Source of the DNA: Alphaproteobacteria bacterium
GTDB taxonomy: Bacteria; Pseudomonadota; Alphaproteobacteria; MPNO01; UBA830
NCBI GenBank assembly: GCA_964291215.2
Contig: OZ219790.1
Span: forward strand, 416,001 to 480,000
DNA length: 64,000 nucleotides
Direction of reading: 5' to 3'
Shown here: piece by piece, positions 1 to 9,014 of the stretch
How the letters are laid out: each line of letters opens with the position of its first letter
How positions within the stretch are numbered: the stretch's first letter is position 1
The notes under the pieces: generated by a model
Databases searched by the model: none
Seen by the model: only the letters and a program-made list of their open reading frames with translations
What the model was told of the DNA's origin: nothing
Made by a program: the position numbers and the translations under genes

Positions 1-135
1 TACCTCGGCGTACGCTTGTAGCGTTCCCAGTAGCGACACACCCGATTTTTTCAAACGTCAATACATTCATAATGATACGTCTGATCGGTGCTGGAACTTC
101 GGCTTAACGTTGGACGAGGTCAGGGTGTTTGAAGT

Positions 136-3100
136 TCAGTCACTCAGAAGGTATTGCGTGACCAGAGCCCGCATGATGGCCTCACCTCGTCCGGAGAGCC
201 GTCGAATGTCGACCTCCGACATCGCGGAGAAATCGGTCGGATAACGAATCACATCTTCTCTGTCGACCCAGTTGGCTGGCTTGAGCGGCACCCGCCGGTC
301 GATCTGTCCGAGAGCGGCGTAGACGAAGCCGTCAATGCGTTCCGCCTTGGCGTGCTCGTGTAGGCGTTGCTTGGTCGCGTCCTGGACCTTTCGCATGATT
401 GCGGAGACGACTTGGCTCATGCGCTTCGGCCAGCTGAGGGGGCGGATCTCGCCGGTGAACTGGCCGATCCCGGCGTCGCTTGCGATGATGATGTCGACGT
501 CGTAGTCAATCGTGCTGATCCGGGGATCCCGGTCAGGTTCCATGACGGTAATGCCGAGGTTCTCGAAAACGCCGCCATCGGTCACGATGACCCGCTGCAT
601 TTCGGTCTTGTCGTTTAGTTTGAACGGCCTTCTCCAGTCGAAGGGCGGAAGTAACGGCGGGTAAGCGGCCGAGGCTGCGACGGCGTCGGCCACGCGAAGT
701 TCTCTGGCCGGAGCCCATCCATACCGGTAGGAGCCGAAGCGTTGGTTGCTCATGCGGAAGGCAGTGCCGGTTCGAAGCTCACACGCGTTGAAGACGATCA
801 ACTTGTGCTGACGGGTGGGTGCATCGCATTTCTGCGGGCCGACCACGTCGGCAATGGCGTCGGCCAACACATGCGTTAGCGAGTAGCGGCGTCGGATGGG
901 CCACGAGGTGCGGGACAGCGCGGCGCATGCACTGCGGAGACCCGGGAAGAGCGAGGCGACACGACTCGCCGACCCGGTGAGGAGGTCGACAAGGAGCGTT
1001 GGGAAGGCGACGAAGACGAAGTTCCATACAAGGGGCGCAGCGCGCGCGGGATGGATGAGTTTCACGAGTCCCGGCACTACCAGGCCCCGGCGAAGGAACT
1101 GGACGATGTTGCGATCTATGTCGACGAACGGTGCTTCGGTATAGCCGAGCCTCCCGGTCATGACGGCCCCACCCGACACGCCGGAGATCACGTCGACCTC
1201 ATTGAGCAAGTTCAGGTCTTCGAGCGCGCGCAAGGCGCCAAGGTGAAACGCAACGGCGCGTGATCCGCCGCCAGAGAGTGCCAGACCGATCACCTTGTCG
1301 AGCGCCGCGACGGGAGGCGGAGTGGTGATGCCGCCGCGGACCGAAAGGGCCAGCTCGGTTTCGGTATCAAGCGCGGCGAGTTTCTGTTTCTGGAATGTGT
1401 AGACTCCGAGTTCCGGTTGCGTACGGACCGCGTGGCCGACGATCGCCATCAAATGATGGGCGCCGTCATCAGGAGCCGCTGTAAAGATGTCGGTGATGCC
1501 CAGGTAGTCGGTGAAGCTGGGTTGGGCACTACCGACCGGATGGGAATGCCAGGTGCCGATGTAGCGAACGATACCGTCGGTGCGCGCGCGGTAGTCCTCG
1601 CACAGCTCCCTCGTGCCGTGCGTTCCGCAAACGAAGCCCTCGGGAGAGAAGGTGCTGTCGCGCGGGGGGCCGCTGACGTTGGTAATCCACGCGATTCCGA
1701 GGGTCTCGTCCAACTCGCCGAACAGCAGGCCGCCGGTCTCGTGCTCGGCGGAGCGTTCACGGGCGCCGGCGCGGACCCAGCCCGTCATGTCGCGCCAGGC
1801 GTTCATGGACATGCGGAAGTCGATTCCATCGGCGATCCAGCGCATGTCGGGTCGAAAGCGGAACCTGTGCTCGCGACGATGGGGAGAGCACGAAATGAGA
1901 AGACCGCTGGCTGCATCGTCCGGTTCGGCGAGGATTTGGGCGAGAGCGTTGAGGGCTTGGGCAGAGAGCGCGGCGACATCGGTATGCGACGCCACGAAGG
2001 TCGGATTGGAGCAGCCGGGCTCGGGTTGGCGGAGGCCGTCGATGGCCCCCTGGGTCCAGAAGGCTTCGGACCAGTCGCTCAGCCAGTCCCGCGCGATGGC
2101 GGCGATGCCGAGACGGCGAAGCGCGTCGAGGGGGCCGGCGCGGTATCCGGTTGGAGCGAGCACCGCAACCGCTTGGCGGGCGGTGGCGCTGATCATCAAG
2201 GTCGCAATGGGAGCCTGGCGCTCGTGCTCCTTGAGCAGCGCCTCGAGCTTGCTGCGCACCTGCAGAGACGCGGTCGCGTCGATGATGAGGTCGGCATCCG
2301 CGTCCCAGTCCGGTTCGGCGAGGGTGTGCGAGATGAGGTCCTCGGACCGGGTCGTGACCTGAAGTCCGGGGGCGATGGATTGCAGACGCCCGGCAAGCGC
2401 CGCGGCCTTGGGCTCATTGGCGTCGAGTGCGGAGAAATTCTGCCGTATCAGCAGACTGGGAGCGACACGGCCTCGATCGAAGAGCTTGAGTTGGGACACA
2501 CCGGCGCGTACGAGATGTTCGGCGATGAGCCCGCCGATCGCCCCGCAGCCCCAGAGCGCAACGCGCTTGCCGCGAAACCAGTCCATCGATGTGCCCTCGT
2601 CGCGCCGAGTGATGACTTCGGGCCGGTTCTCAATCACATGACACCATCGTACACGGGCTTCCTTCCTCCAGGTAAACAAGGTGCCGAGGATGGTGTCGCT
2701 CAATGCCTGTATGGCAGCGGGAGTGTCCTGTCCTTTGTAGCGGTTGCTGAATTGGCAGGCGATGGATGCGGCGCGCAGCTTGGCGACGTCCCCCGGCTCA
2801 ATTTCCCAGAAGGTGAGGTGCTGGTTTCGTTGTGCGGGGTCGCCAGCGATGCCGCGCGACGGCGCACCGATGCCGATGTAGAGTGAGGTGCTATCGGGGA
2901 TCCGCTCGGAAGCGACCATCATGTGGGCAAGGAAGCGGTAGCCCAGACGTCCCTTGGCCTCCAGGTAGTCGAAAAGGTATCGTACTTTGCGCGGGTACTC
3001 GAACGGAAGCTCGAAGTTCAGCAGCACGGTCGGCGCAAACGGCATGTGGTCGGGGAGCGCATGCAGGGGGATCCACGCCTGGACTTCGAGAAGGGCCGGT

Positions 3101-3636
3101 TTGGGCTCATGGAGGGTGGCGGCGCCGAACCATGGCCAGGTATCACGAGCCGGGGTGTCGGCGTTGACGCAGATCGTAGTTGTGGCAACCGGGTAGGTGA
3201 CCGGCGGGTGCAGGGGTCCCTCGGGATCGTCGAGCTCGTTTCGCGCTCCGCGTCGAAACCACTCGTCGATCTGCGCCAAGAACCCGAACATGCCTTGGGA
3301 GGGGATCCACTGGGTCTCGGTGGACAGATAAACGCAGAGACGGGTTCCCCACTGCACATGGCCGAAGCCGTGGAACCGGGAATGGGGGGTGTCGACCGAC
3401 GGCGAACTGAATGGAAAATCCGCCGGCACCGAAAGCGTGATGCCTTCTCGGTCGTGCAGCGGAAGGCCTCCCTCGACACGCGGGTAGTGCGTGCAGTCGA
3501 GCGAGATATCGACGTTCAGATAAGCGCCGGGAGCCGGGTCATCGTCGATACCGACGATCCGGATGGGAGATCGGTGCGTATTGGCGATACGCCGGAGTTG
3601 GGTGAGGGCAATCCGTTGCCCTTCACTTATTGCCAC
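136..3636 (-). CDS. Four-domain fusion: E2/UBC-like + ThiF/E1 adenylyltransferase + JAB/MPN isopeptidase + patatin phospholipase (1166 aa)
   Basis: E2: FPFSSPSV..HVQWGTRLC (Cys101). E1: VALWGCGAIGG..FDRGRV..LIRQNF and PEPGC (Cys542). JAB: HETGG (E633) and WHSHP..SFTD (H697/H699/D710). Patatin: LALSGGGSRA, GVSGG (S821), DGG (D1020). Single uninterrupted ORF whose GTG start overlaps the end of the upstream MBL gene. Confidence 0.9.
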   Translation of the reverse strand: MAISEGQRIALTQLRRIANTHRSPIRIVGIDDDPAPGAYLNVDISLDCTHYPRVEGGLPLHDREGITLSVPADFPFSSPSVDTPHSRFHGFGHVQWGTRLCVYLSTETQWIPSQGMFGFLAQIDEWFRRGARNELDDPEGPLHPPVTYPVATTTICVNADTPARDTWPWFGAATLHEPKPALLEVQAWIPLHALPDHMPFAPTVLLNFELPFEYPRKVRYLFDYLEAKGRLGYRFLAHMMVASERIPDSTSLYIGIGAPSRGIAGDPAQRNQHLTFWEIEPGDVAKLRAASIACQFSNRYKGQDTPAAIQALSDTILGTLFTWRKEARVRWCHVIENRPEVITRRDEGTSMDWFRGKRVALWGCGAIGGLIAEHLVRAGVSQLKLFDRGRVAPSLLIRQNFSALDANEPKAAALAGRLQSIAPGLQVTTRSEDLISHTLAEPDWDADADLIIDATASLQVRSKLEALLKEHERQAPIATLMISATARQAVAVLAPTGYRAGPLDALRRLGIAAIARDWLSDWSEAFWTQGAIDGLRQPEPGCSNPTFVASHTDVAALSAQALNALAQILAEPDDAASGLLISCSPHRREHRFRFRPDMRWIADGIDFRMSMNAWRDMTGWVRAGARERSAEHETGGLLFGELDETLGIAWITNVSGPPRDSTFSPEGFVCGTHGTRELCEDYRARTDGIVRYIGTWHSHPVGSAQPSFTDYLGITDIFTAAPDDGAHHLMAIVGHAVRTQPELGVYTFQKQKLAALDTETELALSVRGGITTPPPVAALDKVIGLALSGGGSRAVAFHLGALRALEDLNLLNEVDVISGVSGGAVMTGRLGYTEAPFVDIDRNIVQFLRRGLVVPGLVKLIHPARAAPLVWNFVFVAFPTLLVDLLTGSASRVASLFPGLRSACAALSRTSWPIRRRYSLTHVLADAIADVVGPQKCDAPTRQHKLIVFNACELRTGTAFRMSNQRFGSYRYGWAPARELRVADAVAASAAYPPLLPPFDWRRPFKLNDKTEMQRVIVTDGGVFENLGITVMEPDRDPRISTIDYDVDIIIASDAGIGQFTGEIRPLSWPKRMSQVVSAIMRKVQDATKQRLHEHAKAERIDGFVYAALGQIDRRVPLKPANWVDREDVIRYPTDFSAMSEVDIRRLSGRGEAIMRALVTQYLLSD

Positions 3637-4780
3637 GACCGAATCCGACCGCGACGGCAGGCGGCGACGCGGCGACGCCGCCGACAGCCTTCAGCACCTC
3701 GCTCATGGAGCTGCTCGATTGTGTGTCGCCAACATATGCGAAACCGTTCCGGTCGACCTCGAAGATGATCGGCTTGGGATTCTTGCGGTTCGGGTGTTCG
3801 TGGGTGCACAGGAAGGCGTTGGCGACGATGCGTTCGTACTGTCTCTTCGCCTTGGCGTGAGGTGGGTTGTCGCCCGGGTCGTTGCGTGTCGGCACAGGTT
3901 CGGAACTCGAGACGACATGTCCCGGGTTGAGGGCTGCGGCAGCGATCTCGCGAACGATATGCTCCTTTAGGGTCTCGTCGCTGTCCCCCTCTTCCTTCCA
4001 GTACATGGCGGACTTCGAGCAATGATGCGGGGCGAGCAGCACATTCCAGGCGAGTGTCGTGCGGATACTTCGGTGGAAGATTCGCCGGATGACGGGATAG
4101 CTGAGGTCCCCCATGAGCAGTGCCCGGCCAGCGTGGTTGCCATTGTAGAGCGAGACCTGGAAGGCGAGGCTGCAGTCGTTGCGGTCACCGAAGCTGTCCT
4201 CGCGAAACGGGGCGTGGACAAACGCCTCGAACCGATTGGAGAGATCCTCACCGTCCAGTGTCGTAATGGTCTTACCGGGAATGGTCAGGAACTGCGCGGG
4301 GAAGCCACGAAACTCGCGTTCGCACAGAAGGTCGTCGTAGCCGATGATGCGAATGCGGTTACCCCGGCCGGGGTCGCCGCCCGCCCGGATAGCGGCTTGG
4401 ACGCGACGCATGGCCTCATCGTGAAAGGCTTGTGCGTCGTCGCAAAGGTCGTCGCCCTCCATGAATTCGCGAAAGGTGCGCGGCGACATCCAGAGTTCGG
4501 AGACGATGACGCGGCGTTTCAACTCCTCGAAGCCCTGGCAATGGTCGAGATCGGGATGGCTAAGTCCGAACACCGACAGGTATGGCGTGCCGCTGAGTCT
4601 CGGAAGGATACGTATGAGCTCGTCGATGACCGGCCAGGCGGGGTCGCTGCGGTTTCCCGCCTTGGCCATGTGCCGAAGGTCGATTTGAAGGTAAACCGTT
4701 TCTGTTACTCGAATGGTCGTGCTGTCGCCCGTGCCGACGGGCCAGAAGATGAAGCCCTGATCAGGTGGTTTGATGGCCAT
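3623..4780 (-). CDS. Metallo-beta-lactamase-fold (ComEC-like) hydrolase with a flexible C-terminal tail ending VGFG-RGNK
   Basis: Motifs VGTGDS, SHPDLDHCQG, NDCS..GDL and PHHCS. ATG at 4780 follows an AAGGGG RBS. Overlaps the next gene by 14 nt. Confidence 0.85.
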   Translation of the reverse strand: MAIKPPDQGFIFWPVGTGDSTTIRVTETVYLQIDLRHMAKAGNRSDPAWPVIDELIRILPRLSGTPYLSVFGLSHPDLDHCQGFEELKRRVIVSELWMSPRTFREFMEGDDLCDDAQAFHDEAMRRVQAAIRAGGDPGRGNRIRIIGYDDLLCEREFRGFPAQFLTIPGKTITTLDGEDLSNRFEAFVHAPFREDSFGDRNDCSLAFQVSLYNGNHAGRALLMGDLSYPVIRRIFHRSIRTTLAWNVLLAPHHCSKSAMYWKEEGDSDETLKEHIVREIAAAALNPGHVVSSSEPVPTRNDPGDNPPHAKAKRQYERIVANAFLCTHEHPNRKNPKPIIFEVDRNGFAYVGDTQSSSSMSEVLKAVGGVAASPPAVAVGFGRGNK

Positions 4781-4840
4781 GTTCCGCAATCCCCTTGGTT
4801 ATTATTGAAACCGAGCATACTGAGGAGAAACACTCGCCCA

Positions 4841-4856
4841 ACACAAGATATGGGGG
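4841..4856. promoter_or_regulatory. NrdR-box-like 16-mer upstream of the MBL operon
   Basis: ACACAAGATATGGGGG (reverse CCCCCATATCTTGTGT) matches about 13/16 of the recalled consensus ACACwATATmTwGTGT. It lies next to a candidate minus-strand promoter (TTGGGC 4841-4836, TATGCT 4819-4814). Only one box was found. Confidence 0.3.
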
Positions 4857-5056
4857 TAGCTGGGCTGATTTCAAGGCTTGGGCAAGCGGCACCGTTATGG
4901 CACGGGCCAAGTGACGCCCGGTATGGAGCTCGAGTGCGCTGACGGAAGACGAGCAGCGGGAGCGGCACGACGGCTTGCGGGAGGTGGGTGCCTTCGTGCC
5001 GGCGTTCCGGCTCGCGCTTCCAGGGGCAGCGTCCTTGGCCTGGCGGGGCGGTCTCA

Positions 5057-5407
5057 TCACCCGGTGTCATGGTGCGCGAGCGTGGACGGAGCGGTGAGAA
5101 TGTCCTCGGCAGGCCGCTCCGCATCGGGGTCCGGCACGATCGTCGAGATGAACTCCCGGATTTCCTCTACTTCGGCCTGGCGTCCGTTGGCGATGAGGTT
5201 CCGGGCGATGGCCTGGGCGGCGAACAGCGAGGCCCGGGCCATCTTGATTTCGGTCTCGGTACCGGGCCATTCGCGCCGGTCGAGGGCCTCGATGGCGAGG
5301 TCGACGACGAGCCGATTGGGCGAAACCTGCCGCTCCCTTGCCGCCGTTTCGATACGCTTCCACTGGTCTGCGGTGACCCGGATGTTCTTCTGAAGTGACG
5401 ATGCCAT
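5057..5407 (-). CDS. Small ribbon-helix-helix/CopG-like DNA-binding protein (116 aa)
   Basis: N-terminal QKNIRVTADQWKRIETAARERQVSPNRLVVDLAIEAL fits a strand-helix-helix pattern. Confidence 0.55.
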   Translation of the reverse strand: MASSLQKNIRVTADQWKRIETAARERQVSPNRLVVDLAIEALDRREWPGTETEIKMARASLFAAQAIARNLIANGRQAEVEEIREFISTIVPDPDAERPAEDILTAPSTLAHHDTG

Positions 5408-5535
5408 GCGGTTTCACTCGTTCTTGCGTGTGGATTCGCGAGAGTTCCGGTTCCGGTTCTTTCAGATCCCCGGGTCCGCGCTGCCCCCGGTCGTTCGGCG
5501 TGGCGGGGCGAAGTCGCGGGCGAACGCGGCCTCCG

Positions 5536-5560
5536 GACAGCTACCGGACCGGTAGCTGTC
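5536..5560. repeat. Perfect 12-bp inverted repeat GACAGCTACCGG-A-CCGGTAGCTGTC
   Basis: Read directly. Related half-sites occur near 5591 (CTGGTAGTT) and 5716 (GAGCTACC). Lies upstream of the RHH gene. Confidence 0.8.
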
Positions 5561-5820
5561 ATGGTGCAGCGTATGCGAGGCCGATATCAGACTGGTAGTT
5601 TCGCAGGAGCAAGTCCATATCCAGCGGGGGCGGAAGGCGCCGCCATGTCTGACGGAGTGCGGCGGGGCGGCGCCCAACCTCCTGATATCGCGCATGTGTT
5701 TGCGGCAAACACGGGAGCTACCAATCCGGTGCGACCTTTCCCGGCGTGACAGGAGCGGACAGTCCTGCGCCCGCCCGCGGCATGGGCAGCCAGCAGCGGA
5801 CACGGGCAGCCATGGCAACG

Positions 5821-5847
5821 CCTGCATCAAGGATGCGTCGGGTGTGA
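5821..5847. repeat. Conserved 27-bp cis element CCTGCATCAAGGATGCGTCnGGTGTGA, copy 1
   Basis: Second copy at 31807-31833 with one mismatch. Contains a GCATC-AAG-GATGC hairpin. Confidence 0.75.
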
Positions 5848-6660
5848 CGGTAAAACTCCGAACGGAGTCGAGATCGGGCGAGGTTGCCCTGCACACCACC
5901 ATCGCCTGAAACGCCGGCGTCACAAGGGACGGGAGCCGTCGCGGCGATTGAGCGAGACGACCGGTCCGCGATCTTCGGGCGCGTTCCGCGTTGTCGTCCG
6001 GTCGCAGAGGTAACAGAACGCGGCGCGGCGTGCAAACGGCGGAGGGCAGTCTTCACACATGGCGCACCGGAGCCGGCGGCGTTACCTCGGCGACACGGGC
6101 GCCGCCGCACATGTTCCGCGGAGCCGAAGGACGCCGCGCACATGTTACCGCGATACAGGCGTGCTGGACGAAAGCGGGGCTGTTCAGGGTGATCGCGTGC
6201 TGCTCACACATTGCCGCAGACGCAGACGGGGATGGCGCACCCGTTACCGCGGCGTCGGCCGCGCGGGTGCGGTGACGGTTGCGATAGCCGTTGCGATCGG
6301 AGGCGCCGACGGCGGCGCCTGCACGACTGCGGGCAGCGGTGCGAAGCACGGTGTCGTGCCGGTCCGGCAGCAGCGCCGGCAGTGGGCGGGTCAGCAGTGC
6401 CTGCGGCCCTGCGCCGGGCTCGGCGCAGCCCGCGATGCACCCATGCGCAGCATGGTGCAGCGGCGCGTGATGCGGCAGCCCCGGATCGCAGTCCGGGGCA
6501 GGTGCCGCAACGGCGAGCGGCGAGCGACAGCGAGCCGGAGCACGAACGCGGCGCGGAGCGCGCGCGAGGTGTCGGCGGCGCAGCGCGACGGGTGTGCGCA
6601 TACGGAGACGGACCGCGCCGCCGCCGGAGCGGAGACGACGCGGCCCGTGGGTGCTGCGTG

Positions 6661-7281
6661 TCAGGCGGGGCAGCGCATGACCGGGATGCCGAGGCTGCGG
6701 GCCTTGTCGACGAGGTTGTCGGTGATGCCGGAGCCGGGGAAGGCGATGACGCCCTTCGGCAGGAGGTTGAGCAGGTCGTCGTTGCGGCGGAAGGGGGCGG
6801 CGCGACCGTGGCGGTCCCAGTCGGGCTTGCAGACGACCTGGTGGACGCCGTTGCGCTCGGCCCAGCTTGCGGCGATCTTCTCGACGCCGGGGCCGCCGCC
6901 ATGGACGAGGACGAGGTCGGCATACTTGGCGCGGACCTTGTCGAGGCGCTCGATGACGGCCGCCGGGTTTGCGATGTCCTTTCCGCCTGCGATGGCGACG
7001 AGGGTTCCCTGGGGCAGGTGGGCCTGTGTCTTGCGGTCCTTTCGGGCGCGGACGAAGTCGCGGGCGTCGATGGCTGCGGAGGTCAGATGTCCGGTCTGGC
7101 TGGCGTGGCTGCCGCGCCGGGGCCGCCATGTGTTGCCGGTGACGGTGCGGTAGGCTTCGGCGGCCTCGTCGCGGAGAGCCTCGAAGGCGTCGCGTCGGTC
7201 GCCGAAGAGTGCGGCGTTGTCGCAGACGATCGCGGTTGCGGACTGCGCGGCGGTCTTGATGGTGTCGGTATGGAAGGTCAT
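6661..7281 (-). CDS. DUF2493 / YspA-related SLOG-family protein, internally deleted copy (206 aa)
   Basis: LVAIAGGKD..LVLVHGGGPGVEKIAASWA..PDWDRHGRAAPFRRND..VIAFPGSGIT. Lacks about 100 codons present in the copy at 32282-33201. Confidence 0.8.
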   Translation of the reverse strand: MTFHTDTIKTAAQSATAIVCDNAALFGDRRDAFEALRDEAAEAYRTVTGNTWRPRRGSHASQTGHLTSAAIDARDFVRARKDRKTQAHLPQGTLVAIAGGKDIANPAAVIERLDKVRAKYADLVLVHGGGPGVEKIAASWAERNGVHQVVCKPDWDRHGRAAPFRRNDDLLNLLPKGVIAFPGSGITDNLVDKARSLGIPVMRCPA

Positions 7282-7667
7282 GTCGTTTTCCTTTCGGTTT
7301 TCACGTTCGGGGCCGATCCCCGTTGTGATGTCCTGTCGGGACACGCGCGCGGACCGCAGCCACCGGGGCCGGAATGAATGGCCTGGCGGGATGCGCGAGT
7401 GGTGCGGGCGCACAAGCGAGCGCAGCAAGCGCGGAGCCACGGTCGCGCATTCCGCTAGGCCCAGGCGCGCCCGCGCCGTTTCATTCCGAGTCCCGGCCGG
7501 AACGGAGCGCGAGCGGAGTGGAGGACCCCGCAGGGGTTGGCGGAGGGAGCCCGTGTGGCACAATGGGACAGCACAGCACCCGGCCAATTCTCTCGCCCTG
7601 CACGGACCCCATCGGCGGTTCGGCCGGCACGGTGCCGGAGCGGGAGGCGCCGTTGCCCGCCCTTGCG

Positions 7668-7895
7668 TCAGTTCCACAGGGGATGGGAGTCGACCCGCTG
7701 CCGGGCGACCTCGCGGATGCGGGTGCGGTCGTGGAGATACACCGGCCCGCGCGGGTCCTCGTCGAGATGTATGGCGAACACCCTGCGCCCCGGCCGGGTG
7801 CTGTCGTCGAAGGCGTGGACGTCGCCGACATGGTCGCCGTCCCGGTAGATGCGGGATTCGTCGGGGGCGATGCGGCGAAAGGTGATGGTGCTCAT
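7668..7895 (-). CDS. Conserved hypothetical protein (75 aa), copy 1
   Basis: MSTITFRRIAPDESRIY.. with a GGAG RBS. Near-identical copy at 33572-33799. Confidence 0.7.
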   Translation of the reverse strand: MSTITFRRIAPDESRIYRDGDHVGDVHAFDDSTRPGRRVFAIHLDEDPRGPVYLHDRTRIREVARQRVDSHPLWN

Positions 7896-8077
7896 CGGGT
7901 TCTCCGGGTAGCGTGACGGGTGCGCGAGCGGGCTCCCTCTCCTCCTCGCGCGGTTCACCCGCTTTCCAGCCTCGCTCCCACTCCCGTATGCGCCGCGGCG
8001 AGACTCGAACCTGCCCGCATGAGAAAAGGGCCGGCGCGCGAGGCGCCGACCCTGTGGGGAGGGAAGAACGGGAAGCT

Positions 8078-8524
8078 CTAGAACGGGATATGGTTCCCAT
8101 CCATCGGGTCGCCACCGGCCGGCGCGGCGCCGCCCGCCGCGTCCGGGCCGGGCTGCCCGGCGTTGCCGTTCGCCTTGTCGAGGAACTGGACGCGCCCGCC
8201 GGGCACGAGCAGGATCTCGGTCGAGAAGCGGTCCGAGTCCTCGCCCGGCTTCGACCAGCGCCGGGTCTGGAGCTTGCCATCGATGTAGACCAGCCGGCCT
8301 TTCGTGGCGTGCCTGGCGAGCATGTCGATCAGCCCGTCCTGGAAGGTCACGACCCGGTGCCACTCGGTCCTGTCGATCCGCTCGCCGCTGCCGTTCCGGT
8401 CGATGTAGCTCTCGTCGGTGGCAACGCTCAGATTGGCGACGCGGCCGCCGTTCTGCAGGTGGTTGATGGTGACGTCCGCACCGAGGCGGCCGATGATCTG
8501 CGCCTTGTTCAGTCCGAAGCTCAT
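8078..8524 (-). CDS. ssb: Single-stranded DNA-binding protein
   Basis: LNKAQIIGRLGAD..VANLSVAT..TEWHRVV..GRLVYIDGKLQTRRW and C-terminal IPF. Confidence 0.95.
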   Translation of the reverse strand: MSFGLNKAQIIGRLGADVTINHLQNGGRVANLSVATDESYIDRNGSGERIDRTEWHRVVTFQDGLIDMLARHATKGRLVYIDGKLQTRRWSKPGEDSDRFSTEILLVPGGRVQFLDKANGNAGQPGPDAAGGAAPAGGDPMDGNHIPF

Positions 8525-8628
8525 TGCGATACTCCTTCAGGTTCGCGTTGATGACGATGGGTTGCGAACGGACGGGGCCGGGGTCACTCCCCCGAACCCC
8601 CGCCCGTTCAATCTCTTCAGGCCCTCCT

Positions 8629-8828
8629 CTACCCCTGACCGCCCGGAGAGAACGACGACGCCGGTTCCGGGAAGAGGCTTGCGAAGCCGTGTTCCGGACA
8701 GGCCGCGCCCCGGTCGGGACAGCGGATGGCGCGCTCGTCCCCGGCGATCTCGCGGACGGTGCGACGCCGAGTTCGGCGAGCAGGTCGCAGCCGAGCGGAA
8801 GGTCGAGGGGTGTATCGGGATGGAACAT
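8629..8828 (-). pseudogene. 5-prime remnant of the toprim/primase-like gene (paralog of 34173-35282)
   Basis: MFHPDTPLDLPLGCDLLAELGV matches the start of the copy at 35282. Similarity stops near 8660. Confidence 0.7.
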
Positions 8829-9014
8829 GGGCGGGGTCTCCTTTGCCGTTGCCCTGCGACCTGTGCCGGACATCGATCCGGCATCGGCGGGGAGTCCTCT
8901 CCTCCGCCCTGCCGGACACTCGCCCGGCAGGCGCTTCACCCCTCTCCACGACACAGGGACGGCGCGGCGGATCGCGGCCAGGCGAGCGCCGCCATCGCCG
9001 CCCGGGACAGCATG

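Larger units (their letters stand above)
6560..7900. repeat. Duplicated backbone module, copy A (DUF2493 + upstream region + 75-aa ORF); copy B at about 32170-33800
   Basis: Long near-identical stretches, for example 6662-7190 vs 32283-32815 and 7690-7895 vs 33594-33799. Also 8660-8985 vs 35105-35420. Confidence 0.9.

Noticed and set aside
1-70. Possible third gene of the MBL operon starting at ATG 70 (MNVLTFEKIG..)
   Set aside because: Only 23 codons are visible and there is no clear RBS or motif. The adjacent window is needed.
136-4780. Calling this locus CBASS or Pycsar
   Set aside because: No CD-NTase or cyclase motif in either gene or upstream. A cyclase to the left of the window cannot be excluded, but the operon begins with the MBL gene.
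6661-8280. 539-aa ORF and other long GC-rich ORFs (1417-2886, 13137-15305, 40098-42776, 50451-52625)
   Set aside because: These are shadow or antisense frames of real genes, with Arg/Pro/Ala-rich composition and no motifs.
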